Below, piece after piece: positions 28,400-37,720 of a DNA stretch of 64,000 nucleotides. A model generated the notes under the pieces. The model did not search any database. It was not told the origin of the DNA and worked only from the letters and a program-made list of their open reading frames with translations. Source of the stretch: an uncultured virus (IMG/VR IMGVR_UViG_3300010938_000027) (lineage: Duplodnaviria > Heunggongvirae > Uroviricota > Caudoviricetes); the IMG/VR virus record IMGVR_UViG_3300010938_000027, one strand, 5' to 3'. The translations under genes and the position numbers were made by a program. Each line of letters begins with the position of its first letter. Position 1 is the stretch's first letter.

Positions 28400-28765
28400 A
28401 TGGCGGACAGAAAACCAAAAACACAGACACAAGCAGTCCCAATCCCACAGGAGGCACCAAAAAGAAAAGAAACCAGAGAGGCAAGATACTCCAGGTTCGC
28501 TCGGATGCTCGCCCACGCACTTCCTGATGGAAACCCCCTCAAAGAGCAACTCCTCAACCTCTCCAACCAGATAGCAACTGGACAGGTTAAGCTCAACCCC
28601 TCAAAAGGCGGATTCTCCTCCCTCATTGGTGCAACAATCCAGACACCCTACGGGAAAGGACAGGTCGTAAAGGCTCAAGGCGGATTCTACGAAGTCCACC
28701 TCATCAACCCTCCCGCACAAGGTCCAAAAGTCGTGTTCCTGTCCAGAAAAATCCAGAAGGCATAA
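28400..28765 (+). CDS. Hypothetical protein with KOW/SH3-like C-terminus (putative early)
   Basis: AAGGAGGTGA RBS; IQTPYGKGQVVK. Confidence 0.65.
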   Translation: MADRKPKTQTQAVPIPQEAPKRKETREARYSRFARMLAHALPDGNPLKEQLLNLSNQIATGQVKLNPSKGGFSSLIGATIQTPYGKGQVVKAQGGFYEVHLINPPAQGPKVVFLSRKIQKA

Positions 28766-28817
28766 GCCTCCTGAGGCAAAAGAAAGAAGGGAGGTAGCCC
28801 AAAAAACTACCTCCCAC

Positions 28818-28882
28818 TCCCAAAATTCCCAAAAAATCAAAAATTCCCAAAAATTCCAAAAATCCAAAATTCCAAAAAAATC
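28818..28882. repeat. Phased CC-A4-6-TT tandem repeats
   Basis: CCAAAATTCCCAAAAAATCAAAAATTCCCAAAAATTCC..., period about 9-10 bp. Confidence 0.75.
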
Positions 28883-29026
28883 TGAAAACAAAAACCCTTG
28901 AACCCTTGAACACCAACATACCAAACCCCGAGGATATGGGGTTTGGGTCAACCATAGTGAAACCCGCACCTGCCCGAAGGGGGTTCAATTCCTTTCTGGA
29001 TGGCAGGATAGAAAGGAGGTGATAAG

Positions 29027-29263
29027 ATGGAAGAAAAGGAAAAGGAAAAGGAAAAGGAATTTGAGGAAGAACTCAAATGGTTTCTCGCCAAGAGGAACAA
29101 CCCAATTCTTGTAATTGTAAATTACCCCTACCTGTTGGAGAAGTGCTGGAAGGCAGGAAAGCCTCTTCCAGAAGAGGCAAAGAATCTTTTCCAGAACGCA
29201 ATAACCGAACTCAGCACCCTCTATGAACTCGCAGAATCCGTCAAAGAGTTCCTCAAAAGATAG
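29027..29263 (+). CDS. Hypothetical protein (putative early)
   Basis: AAAGGAGGTGA RBS. Confidence 0.65.
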   Translation: MEEKEKEKEKEFEEELKWFLAKRNNPILVIVNYPYLLEKCWKAGKPLPEEAKNLFQNAITELSTLYELAESVKEFLKR

Positions 29264-29274
29264 GAGAGGCGTCT

Positions 29275-29313
29275 GGGAAGGAAGGCATAAGCCCCTTCCT
29301 TCCCTCTTTTTTT
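29275..29313 (+). terminator. Rho-independent terminator
   Basis: GGGAAGGAAGG-loop-CCTTCCTTCCC followed by T tract. Confidence 0.75.
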
Positions 29314-29647
29314 CAACCAGAGAAATAGGAACAGGGGAAGGTATGGAGGAGGGGGAACATACCTTTTTTCAACCCTTTTTTAGGTTTTCTGGGAGCAGGG
29401 AAGGTTTTAGGGTTTTCTGGGGGAGTGGTTTTTGGGAAAGGGTTTTAGACATTGGCTTTGCTTTTTTATTCTGGGACTTTTGGGAATCACAGAACAGTAG
29501 TTTGGGATTACTTTTGGGGAACAGAAGCGGGTAAAAAGACCCGATTTTAGGGGGTTTTTGTGGCAGGAGTGGGTGAAATGACCCAATTTGACGATTTGGT
29601 GTGTCAATTTTTTGACAGGTGGAGAGGGGATGTAGAAGGTGGGTAAG

Positions 29648-29679
29648 CCCTCCTATATCCCTATAGGGATATAGGAGGG
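29648..29679. repeat. Perfect 32-bp palindrome
   Basis: CCCTCCTATATCCCTA|TAGGGATATAGGAGGG. Confidence 0.9.
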
Positions 29680-29737
29680 TGATTTTTGCGGAAGCAGGTA
29701 TCTGGAGGGAGTAGAATTTGTGCAGGGGAGGGGGTTT

Positions 29738-30364
29738 TTATTTTTGTTCTGGTGTTTTGGGAGTTTCTTTTTCTTTTAGTGGGTTCAGTTCAAGGGTTTT
29801 AGTGGTTTTTGAGAGTTGGTTTATGTCGGTGGTGGATAGTGTTTGGAGTGGGGTAATGATTTTCTGGAATGTGATGGATAGTGTTTTTTGTGATGGTGGT
29901 TCGGTCTGGTATCCCTGTATGGTTGAGATTGTTTTGAGTATGGATAGTTGGGTATTGACGAGTTGTGTGTAGTCGGATACACGTGGTTTGTAGTCTTCTG
30001 ATTGCAATTTGTCGGAGAGTTGTTTGAATGCGGTTTGAATAAGGTGTTTCGTGCGGGTAGTCAGGAATGTGTATTCCTTGAGGTCTTCAATGTTCTGTAG
30101 TTGTGCGGATATGAACACAAGTTCTTTGAGTTTGTCCTGTAGCGGTGGCAGGTTATGTTCAGGTAAGCCATACCTGACGAGGCGTTTGACTGTTGATGAT
30201 GGCAGGTTGAGTGCAGTTGCAGTCTTACTTATGTCTGCGAATACCCTGTATTGTGCCCACACCTCCTCATAGAGTTGAGGAGTGAGTCTAATCCTTATGG
30301 TAGTAGTGTGTTTCTGCGGTTCTAATTTTGGTTTAGGTCTCCGTATCATTGTCGTTATTGCCAA
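29738..30364 (-). CDS. Putative terminase small subunit (HTH)
   Basis: HTH ISKTATALNLPSSTVKRLVRYG followed by helical region; adjacent to ParB. Confidence 0.5.
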   Translation of the reverse strand: MAITTMIRRPKPKLEPQKHTTTIRIRLTPQLYEEVWAQYRVFADISKTATALNLPSSTVKRLVRYGLPEHNLPPLQDKLKELVFISAQLQNIEDLKEYTFLTTRTKHLIQTAFKQLSDKLQSEDYKPRVSDYTQLVNTQLSILKTISTIQGYQTEPPSQKTLSITFQKIITPLQTLSTTDINQLSKTTKTLELNPLKEKETPKTPEQK

Positions 30365-31118
30365 TCACTTCTTTGAAGATATGCTCTATTGCAGTGTTCA
30401 CCAGTTCAGTTGGCGTTTCTATGCCTAATGCGTCCATAAGTTGCTGAACCTTTTCTGCGACCGCTCGGGGTAATGGAACCATCATAAACCGCTGTATATG
30501 GGCTTCGCGTCTATGTTGCAGTTGGACATTATTATCACCTGCATTATCACCATTGTTATCATATTCATCCCTGTAATGGGTTAGCAGTTTCATAATAGTA
30601 TCTGCGTCCATGCCAGTAAATAATGATAAATCATCAACTGCTGTTTCATCCTTTGCCAAGTCGCTCACCAATTCCATATACGACTCAGGCTCAATCTCCG
30701 CAGTGATATTAAACGCGAGCATTGCCAGGTCAAGGTCTCTCGGATTGACTTCTTCTGGAAATACAAACGCAGTAATCCACTTGTAGCCTTTCACCTTTGC
30801 CATTTCCAGCCTGTGGTGTCCATCGACCATATAATAGTTACCATCTTTACCTCTATAAACTATTATACCTGAGAATAACCCGAACTTCTCAAATGAACGG
30901 TCAAGTGCCTGCCAGGTCCGTGCATCCATCCTTCGGTAATTCTTACGCCTATATTTGATACTATCAATTGGGACGAGTCTTACCTCCTTGCCACCACCCA
31001 GCGGGATTACTACATTAGGCACTACCGACTGCTTGAGGTCTATCTCCGCCATAGCAGAGTGTTTCAATTCATTACTACTACTATTGCTACGCGGTTGTCT
31101 TTTCATTTTTGTCATCAA
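30333..31118 (-). CDS. ParB-like nuclease-domain protein
   Basis: SFEKFGLFSGIIV...MVDGHHRL. Confidence 0.8.
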   Translation of the reverse strand: MMTKMKRQPRSNSSSNELKHSAMAEIDLKQSVVPNVVIPLGGGKEVRLVPIDSIKYRRKNYRRMDARTWQALDRSFEKFGLFSGIIVYRGKDGNYYMVDGHHRLEMAKVKGYKWITAFVFPEEVNPRDLDLAMLAFNITAEIEPESYMELVSDLAKDETAVDDLSLFTGMDADTIMKLLTHYRDEYDNNGDNAGDNNVQLQHRREAHIQRFMMVPLPRAVAEKVQQLMDALGIETPTELVNTAIEHIFKEVIGNNDNDTET

Positions 31119-32072
31119 CTTCGTCCCAGTCTATGCCTTTCTCTCTCCAGTAAGCAGAATACCACTGTTCCATCATGCTATACTCACCTATAAGTGCCTT
31201 TATCGTTTCACAATCAACACTTCTGACGGAGCGACCCCCTAACACGAACCGCAATACTTCGCGTGGCACTTTCTTTTTGAGAACTTTCTCAATTGCTTGC
31301 TTCAGTTGAACCGTTCTCCTCCCAATATCACAACTCTCCATTTTGCCTGTTAAAGGGTTGCAGCGAACCGCTCTTCCAAACATCCCTAACACTGCATACC
31401 ATAAAAGAGAGTCGGCAGAATAGGCAGGTGCTTCTTTTAACAACTTTGAGGAAACACCTGCAAACAAATGAAGTTTTTTTCTAACACTCCAACACTTATA
31501 CGCAAACGAAGGTATGTCAACACCTGCCTCTTTCCAGCCCTTAATCGCAATTGAAACCCCACAATACCGCACATCGCTGTTTCCCATAACAAACTCGTAA
31601 TCAGAATCAAATGTGTGTGGTTTCAATACAAAAATCACATCAATACCTGTTCTTCTCTGGAATGGCAGGAAGTAGTTCAACCGCCAGCGTTCAATAATTT
31701 TATACCCATAGAGATACTGCAAATCCATTTCTGCAATCGCAGTTGGAAACAGATACGACGGTAGACTGTCAACATATTGCAAATAATCTACAACTGTTGC
31801 ATCTTCTTAACAGGAATCATTTTGTTTTTCTTGACATAGTCCATCTGGAATGTAAATGCACCAGAGTCCAATAACCAGTCTACAGAATGTTCCGTGTTAT
31901 ATACTCTTTCAAGAAACTCCTTGAACTCTTGCCTGTTGCTCTGGTTGCTCTGAAAGCCCAACATAGAAACCAAGAAACGAAAACTGCTTGCGTTCTTGCA
32001 AGGAGAAAAGAGAAAGTCAAGCCACCCGCCGCGCCTTGTCCACTCGTAATCCACAACCAAATAGATTTTCAT
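31087..32072 (-). pseudogene. TGT/DpdA-like transglycosylase, split by a -1 frameshift near 31805
   Basis: ORF 31788-32072 has LLDSGAFTF; ORF 31087-31782 continues AEMD...KLHLFAG...YSADS; restoring one A in GTTAAGAAG joins the frames. Confidence 0.6.
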
Positions 32073-32638
32073 TTTAACAGCATCGGAGGTTGTTTCAATA
32101 GTGACATAAACTCACTGCGCGGTTCCATTCGCTCAAATACGCCGCTTATTGCCGAGGTTATAACCGTTGTCCCGAGCCCTGCCTGAACACCCCTGAATGC
32201 CATACATATATGTATTGCTTCAACCACTACCATACAATCCCTCAACCCAAACCCATTGAGACTATTCAGAATTGTTTGAGTAATTTCCTCCTGCGTATGT
32301 AAACCGACAGATATCGCCTTTGCCAACCGCGCAAACTTTGATATACCCACCACTTTGTGAGATGGTTCAGGGATATAACCAATACTTATGTGTCCAAAAA
32401 ACGGGAGCAGATGATGTTCACATAAACTGAAAAATGGTATGTGCCGCACAATTACCAAATTTCTGAACTGCTGTAAATCAAACTCCCGCCATTCAAACTT
32501 GCCCTGCTCAACCCATTGCTTATAAAACATTGCAACCCTGTGAGGTGTGTCCTTCAGCCCTGGTGAATTGACATCATATCCCAACGCTGTTATCAAGTCA
32601 GCAATTGCCTTTTCAACCTTCTTGACATTCACTTTCAT
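32069..32638 (-). CDS. folE: GTP cyclohydrolase I
   Basis: DTPHRVA, FFSLCEHHLLPFFG, GISKFARL, QEE, HICMAFRGV. Confidence 0.95.
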   Translation of the reverse strand: MKVNVKKVEKAIADLITALGYDVNSPGLKDTPHRVAMFYKQWVEQGKFEWREFDLQQFRNLVIVRHIPFFSLCEHHLLPFFGHISIGYIPEPSHKVVGISKFARLAKAISVGLHTQEEITQTILNSLNGFGLRDCMVVVEAIHICMAFRGVQAGLGTTVITSAISGVFERMEPRSEFMSLLKQPPMLLK

Positions 32639-33357
32639 TGCCATCCCACCAATCTATGCACCTGTGGTAATACCCTGACTGGGAATGTCAGTAATCTGCT
32701 GATTCTTACTGCCTTCCTATACGCAATATCTGAAACCATCCAGTTATCGCTGACTTTCACTGAAACAGGCTGTAAGAATACTGCACGCATACCCGCCATC
32801 AACTCCTTCACATAGGGATAACACATTTTCTTGATTAAGTCAACAACTACATTCTCATAAGCATCAATCGGGATTACAATTTTCAATTCGCTCCACATAC
32901 TCACATTCAATTCATACTTCGGCGGTTTCGGCGACACTGCAATGTATGTCATTGATAGAATTGAGGATGGCTCTACTGGAATTGTGCCATTCGTCTGTAT
33001 GTTTACCCGTAGAAGTGGAAACCCCGTGCTTTGCAGGGTTTTCACCAATAACTCTACACCTTTTTTCTGTAATAATGGCTCACCACCAGTGATACATAAG
33101 TCGTAAGGTGAGTGCTTACTTAACCCCATACCGAATAGTTCCGCAACAATATCCCTGATATTAACTACTTCTACCTTTCTGCTACCATCCCTCGCATAAG
33201 CGGTATCACAGAATGGACATTGTAGATTACAACCTGCGAGCCTCAAAAAGATAGTTGGTGTGCCAACACGCTGTCCCTCACCCTGAAATGACTGAAACAA
33301 TTCAATTACCTTGAATGTGGTAGAATTAAGTAATCTGTCAGATGGGGCTCTTGCCAC
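32635..33357 (-). CDS. queE: 7-carboxy-7-deazaguanine synthase (radical SAM)
   Basis: ELFQSFQGEG, GCNLQCPFCDT, ITGGEPLLQ, TNGT, VSPK, PQVH. Confidence 0.92.
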   Translation of the reverse strand: MARAPSDRLLNSTTFKVIELFQSFQGEGQRVGTPTIFLRLAGCNLQCPFCDTAYARDGSRKVEVVNIRDIVAELFGMGLSKHSPYDLCITGGEPLLQKKGVELLVKTLQSTGFPLLRVNIQTNGTIPVEPSSILSMTYIAVSPKPPKYELNVSMWSELKIVIPIDAYENVVVDLIKKMCYPYVKELMAGMRAVFLQPVSVKVSDNWMVSDIAYRKAVRISRLLTFPVRVLPQVHRLVGWQ

Positions 33358-33387
33358 AATGAAATGTTAACACATTGAAATCTTTAT

Positions 33388-33918
33388 TCAACCTTCTTGC
33401 TTATCCTCCTTCTCCCAAGGAAATACAACATACTTCTGGTTATAAATTGTTTCACCAACAACTACCTGCCTCGGATACCTCAACTTTGCCTTTTTACCTC
33501 TTCTGAGTAAGGCAACACCTATCGTCTTAACATCAATCCTCTGCAACGCTTCAATCCATCTGTTCATAGTCCTACCAGTCTCAACTATATCATCGGCAAT
33601 CAAAACAATTGTTGGTTTAAGCATTTCAGTCATCATTACCGTATCAGAAGATGTATACATTGGTGCTTTGAATTCAGTATGCATCAACCACACTTTCAAT
33701 GGAAAGAACTGCCTGCTGAACTTATCAAACAGGAATTCTGCGAACCACTTGCCACCACGCGGAATACCCACAATCAGAATCTGGTCATTGTGGCTCAACT
33801 TGAGCCTGTGTCTCAATGTGTAGAAACACTTTGAAGCAAGCAAATACACTTCCTTGCCTGTCAGTTCTTTGATACCTTTCAGCCTGAACCTTTCTACCTG
33901 CCCTTCTATGTTTTCCAC
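33388..33918 (-). CDS. Type I phosphoribosyltransferase
   Basis: GIPRGG, PRPP-binding loop VLIADDIVETGRT, VVFPWE. Confidence 0.85.
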   Translation of the reverse strand: MENIEGQVERFRLKGIKELTGKEVYLLASKCFYTLRHRLKLSHNDQILIVGIPRGGKWFAEFLFDKFSRQFFPLKVWLMHTEFKAPMYTSSDTVMMTEMLKPTIVLIADDIVETGRTMNRWIEALQRIDVKTIGVALLRRGKKAKLRYPRQVVVGETIYNQKYVVFPWEKEDKQEG

Positions 33919-33933
33919 TCCATCTACCTCCTT

Positions 33934-34089
33934 TCAAGAGTATAATTGTGCACAATAGGGTGGAGTTCGCACCATTTTTGCATTAGGACTACCACAATAC
34001 CCTGCCCTTGTTTCAAGGTCAATCTCCCGTATAATTCGCGGTCTAACCCACTTCTTCTTTTTCGTTTTGTTCTTCTTCGTCTTCATCAT
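33934..34089 (-). CDS. Small peptide resembling a RiPP precursor
   Basis: KKKWVRPRIIREIDLETRAGYC...YCAQLYS; GAGGA upstream. Confidence 0.4.
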   Translation of the reverse strand: MMKTKKNKTKKKKWVRPRIIREIDLETRAGYCGSPNAKMVRTPPYCAQLYS

Positions 34090-34183
34090 AGTCATCCTCG
34101 TTGAGCCATTCAAAATACATTGCTTCATACTCTGCCCATACTGGGTTGACCCAATACGCTCCAACACAATTCTCTAACTTCAT
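34043..34183 (-). CDS. 46-aa acidic protein (below ORF-track cutoff)
   Basis: AAAGGAGG RBS, ATGA overlap; MKLENCVGAYWVNPVWAEYEAMYFEWLNEDDYDEDEEEQNEKEEVG. Confidence 0.55.
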   Translation of the reverse strand: MKLENCVGAYWVNPVWAEYEAMYFEWLNEDDYDEDEEEQNEKEEVG

Positions 34184-34539
34184 CTCAATCCTCCTTTGTT
34201 ATTTACCAATTCTTGAACTAAACTCTTGAACCGCTCCTTTGGCATTACTGAAACAGATAAATGCTCACGGTAAGTATCTGGTCTCCGTATGTCATACACG
34301 AATGTGCCATACTGGCAGTGTTTGAAGAATAGTAAGTTCTTATACCTGAATGTGCCTTCCCAGTTCAATAACTCGTGGTAAAGGGTATCAAGGTCATTGA
34401 CTACATTCACTTTGTGAAATCGCTTCGCTTCTACAATTCCTGACGGGTCGCCTTCCTCAAAATCTACCTGTCCTGACAGCCACAGGTTTTCGTTCACAAT
34501 ACTTCTTACTAACTCATCAAAACTCTGTTTTTGTTTCAT
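34180..34539 (-). CDS. Hypothetical protein
   Basis: AAAGGAGGTG RBS. Confidence 0.65.
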   Translation of the reverse strand: MKQKQSFDELVRSIVNENLWLSGQVDFEEGDPSGIVEAKRFHKVNVVNDLDTLYHELLNWEGTFRYKNLLFFKHCQYGTFVYDIRRPDTYREHLSVSVMPKERFKSLVQELVNNKGGLR

Positions 34540-34556
34540 ACTACACCTCCTTTCAA

Positions 34557-35090
34557 TCAAAAGTTGAACCGCATAAATAACCCTGCCTGCCAGTTCTTAT
34601 TACTATCAATCACACCATACCCGCCCAAGTCCACTTGCCTGAACATAAACGGCACATACTCAATCCTGGGTGAAATGACCCACTCTGGAATAAGTGATAC
34701 ATTTATACTGACATTACCACGCAATAAACTGAATACCCTTTTGGGTCTCAATTTTGGACACTCTGGGCATTCAATTTCCAACTGGGTAAGTGTTGCACTT
34801 ATTGGCTCTGGGCATTTTGTAATTCCAGACGGAAATGTTATAGTAGCCGTAATTTCTCCTGAATAGGGTTTCTCCTGATATTTCACAATATACTTTGTTT
34901 TCCATTTGTAAATAACCTGTGTGGCAGGTTGCGGACTGACTTGTTCAATTGGGCATACTTGCTGATTGTCTGTTATATGTGGACCTGGATTTGGCGGTGT
35001 TGGTTGGGGTTTACATAGTTCATACTGGACATACAGGGCAATGATAAGCAGGATGTTCAGGACAATTGAAATCACCAATGCCTTCTTCAT
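34557..35090 (-). CDS. Membrane-anchored protein with C-terminal beta strands (spanin/outer-membrane-like)
   Basis: N-terminal TM helix, Pro-rich linker, ends WQAGLFMRFNF. Confidence 0.5.
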   Translation of the reverse strand: MKKALVISIVLNILLIIALYVQYELCKPQPTPPNPGPHITDNQQVCPIEQVSPQPATQVIYKWKTKYIVKYQEKPYSGEITATITFPSGITKCPEPISATLTQLEIECPECPKLRPKRVFSLLRGNVSINVSLIPEWVISPRIEYVPFMFRQVDLGGYGVIDSNKNWQAGLFMRFNF

Positions 35091-35109
35091 TTCAGACCCT
35101 CACTATCTA

Positions 35110-35319
35110 TCATTGACACCAGGTTCTGCAANNNNNNNNNNNNNNNNNNNNNNNNNNNNNNNNNNNNNNNNNNNNNNNNNNNNNNNNNNNNNNNNNNNNN
35201 NNNNNNNNNNNNNNNNNNNNNNNNNNNNNNNNNNTCGGGGAAGTATCCAGAAGGGAAAGGAGTAGAACCAGCCCGAGGATACCAAACAATGCCACTATCT
35301 TTGCTTTTACTTTCTTCAT
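35110..35319 (-). CDS. Small membrane protein interrupted by assembly gap
   Basis: RBS plus hydrophobic N-terminus; N-run 35132-35234. Confidence 0.4.
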   Translation of the reverse strand: MKKVKAKIVALFGILGLVLLLSLLDTSPXXXXXXXXXXXXXXXXXXXXXXXXXXXXXXXXXXXCRTWCQ

Positions 35320-35639
35320 TGTTTCACCTCCTTTTTTGTCTCAATTATTTCATACTCAAACCCATCCTTATCCCATTCTTCCCTCATAATATCCCAGCAT
35401 TTCTGACAATACAACCTGGCGTGTTCCTCTATGTGGTAGCAGGTATCACCTTCAATGAACAGGTGATTACAACTATCACAAATCAACGGAACTTCATCAG
35501 CCCTTTTACTGAGTATCAACTCTGCATTACCTTTCGTGTCATAACCCCATAATTGCAGAACTGGTCTCTCGGGAGGCATTCTGAATCTGTTATATGCCTC
35601 CTCATAACTCATTACCTCTACTTTTATTTTTTCTTTCAT
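35316..35639 (-). CDS. Zn-finger hypothetical protein
   Basis: CDSC...CQKC; RBS GGAGGTGA. Confidence 0.6.
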   Translation of the reverse strand: MKEKIKVEVMSYEEAYNRFRMPPERPVLQLWGYDTKGNAELILSKRADEVPLICDSCNHLFIEGDTCYHIEEHARLYCQKCWDIMREEWDKDGFEYEIIETKKEVKQ

Positions 35640-35863
35640 TGTTCACCTCCTTCTTTGTTATTCCCACCTTCAAACTCCCATTCCTCCTTCATTGCCTTAT
35701 TACAGGTTGGACAGGTTGGCGGATAACCGAATGGCATCCTCGCAACCCTGTATCTAACCAGATACTTTGCCCTATCCTCCAACACATTCCGCTCAAACTT
35801 TATTTCAACCTTATTACCACACTCACACATTGCCTTATACACCTTTGCAACTCGTTCAGGCAT
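35636..35863 (-). CDS. Zn-ribbon hypothetical protein
   Basis: CECG...CPTC. Confidence 0.6.
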   Translation of the reverse strand: MPERVAKVYKAMCECGNKVEIKFERNVLEDRAKYLVRYRVARMPFGYPPTCPTCNKAMKEEWEFEGGNNKEGGEQ

Positions 35864-36329
35864 CAGTTCCTAACCCTGTATATAAACCCAGTATGAGATT
35901 GCCATCCAGGACCTCATCTGTCCAGCATTTCGTCTCTGTCAGAACTTTTTTCTCCTTCTCATCAACTTCTACTGACATTGCCATTGGTCTGAACCTTTTA
36001 CCCTCTGCATAGAAAAGAACAACATCAACCGCAGTATTATCTTCTGAATTACGCAAAGTTGCTTCTGAAACTTCTATGATGAGGTCAATACCATACCTCT
36101 CAATCGTCTTCCTGATGATTGCCTGGGCAATGATACCTGATATTTTTAGTCCTGGTAATCCCAATACCCGCACCTCTTTTACCTCACCAACATCAGAAGA
36201 AAGTTTATACATAAACGCAACTGGCACTAAAAATCCGTCTCGTTCATAATTCATTTGCACAGCATACAACACACCTTCAATCTCTGCTTTAAGGTCATCA
36301 ATTGTCTGGATTGTCAGTTTCTCCTTCAT
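35856..36329 (-). CDS. Hypothetical protein
   Basis: GGAGG RBS before ATG 36329. Confidence 0.6.
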   Translation of the reverse strand: MKEKLTIQTIDDLKAEIEGVLYAVQMNYERDGFLVPVAFMYKLSSDVGEVKEVRVLGLPGLKISGIIAQAIIRKTIERYGIDLIIEVSEATLRNSEDNTAVDVVLFYAEGKRFRPMAMSVEVDEKEKKVLTETKCWTDEVLDGNLILGLYTGLGTDA

Positions 36330-37701
36330 CTTCAACCTCCTGTTCTTCATCATTTTCCTCCACTTCTGAATTACTTTCAACACCTGCGGGTTGAACCTTA
36401 ACAGAAAGGGATGAAGCAGTATCAATTCGGTATGGTGCAATGTATAACTCCATTTTATCACCATTTATTCCTTCATTGCTCAATTTCAAGATACCCATGC
36501 CTTCAACATCCCCCGCAACTGGAACTTGCATAACCGATGAGAATTCTACCTCAACATAACTGACCTGTTTGATAAACTCATAGATTGCCTTGCCGTTCCA
36601 CCACCCACCAACACCTTTACCTTGTGGTAAACCTGGTATGCATTCTGGCTCTATTACATATTCACCTTCTGTTTCACTGCCGATTTCATCTGAATATGTT
36701 TTGAGGTATCCACCGTCTTTACTGAACTCAACATAAACTGCACCATTCCTCGGTAATGACTTCTGCAGTATCCTTATGCCATTCTGGAATGAATCAGTTC
36801 CATCACCGCCGAGACACACCTTTGTCTTTACCTGACTGTTCACATTCTTTATGAGCCTATCAAAATCTGGGGGATTGTCTTCTTGCCGTGCCCTCACTAA
36901 CAAACTTGCCACACAGGATTCTGTAATCAGTTGTGCAATACAATTGCCTGCATTCTCGTAGAATACAACTCTGCTGTCTTTTGGAAACTCTCTCATAACT
37001 TTAACAAGTTTACCAGCCTCTTGTGGAAGTGTCCAGAATTTGACACCTTCTTGTCTCACAAAGATACCATCTTTCACTGGAATAAGGTGTCGGTATAACT
37101 GCCGACCATCGGTTGATAATACCTCAACTGCTTGATTATCACCAGTAATCAGAATACCACTTTTCTCAAACTCTTTCATCTGGGGGGCACAAGCAAGTGA
37201 ATTCTCAAGTGCATCAAGCAATATGCCCTGTAATGGAAATTCAAGTATCAATGGAAAGCCTTCAACCGACAGGTATGAACCTGATACCTTATAGTCTGGA
37301 AAATCAACATTGAGTGTGGAATTGAGCTTACCAACTCTGACTTTCAGTTTCTTTTCACCAACCCGCTGTAATTCAATGTCTGGTGCAATCTTCACACTAC
37401 CAATCAGTTTAGTCAGTGCTGACAGGGATTTCATTGTGGTATCAGTTGCTTCCATTTTCAATTCCCATTCCTGCTCCTGCCTGTTAGTCAGAAACAGAAT
37501 TCGGAATGTGTCGGATTGAATGAATAACCCTTCACCGCTCTTATACCCCATTGAGATTATACCACCAACAGGTTTCTTACCTTCTGTTGAAAGAAGGAGT
37601 GAAAGTCCAAATTGTAAATACGCAGGTGGAAACCTGAACACCTCTACCTTTGCTTCTATTCCCGGTGTTTCTTCTTGTTTTTGTTTCTTTTTCTTTGCCA
37701 T
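36298..37701 (-). CDS. Divergent DNA polymerase beta sliding clamp-like protein
   Basis: DFPDY and SGILI...VEVLSTDGRQLY resemble DnaN (LNGV...VATDGHRL); acidic tail. Confidence 0.6.
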   Translation of the reverse strand: MAKKKKQKQEETPGIEAKVEVFRFPPAYLQFGLSLLLSTEGKKPVGGIISMGYKSGEGLFIQSDTFRILFLTNRQEQEWELKMEATDTTMKSLSALTKLIGSVKIAPDIELQRVGEKKLKVRVGKLNSTLNVDFPDYKVSGSYLSVEGFPLILEFPLQGILLDALENSLACAPQMKEFEKSGILITGDNQAVEVLSTDGRQLYRHLIPVKDGIFVRQEGVKFWTLPQEAGKLVKVMREFPKDSRVVFYENAGNCIAQLITESCVASLLVRARQEDNPPDFDRLIKNVNSQVKTKVCLGGDGTDSFQNGIRILQKSLPRNGAVYVEFSKDGGYLKTYSDEIGSETEGEYVIEPECIPGLPQGKGVGGWWNGKAIYEFIKQVSYVEVEFSSVMQVPVAGDVEGMGILKLSNEGINGDKMELYIAPYRIDTASSLSVKVQPAGVESNSEVEENDEEQEVEDEGETDNPDN

Positions 37702-37720
37702 TGTTTCACCTCCTTATCTT

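Noticed and set aside
28601..28988. Minus-strand Phe/Trp/Gly-rich ORFs
   Set aside because: Translation of the low-complexity A-tract repeats
28965..29010. tRNA gene suggested by GGTTCAATTCC
   Set aside because: No D arm, anticodon arm or matching acceptor stem at tRNA spacing
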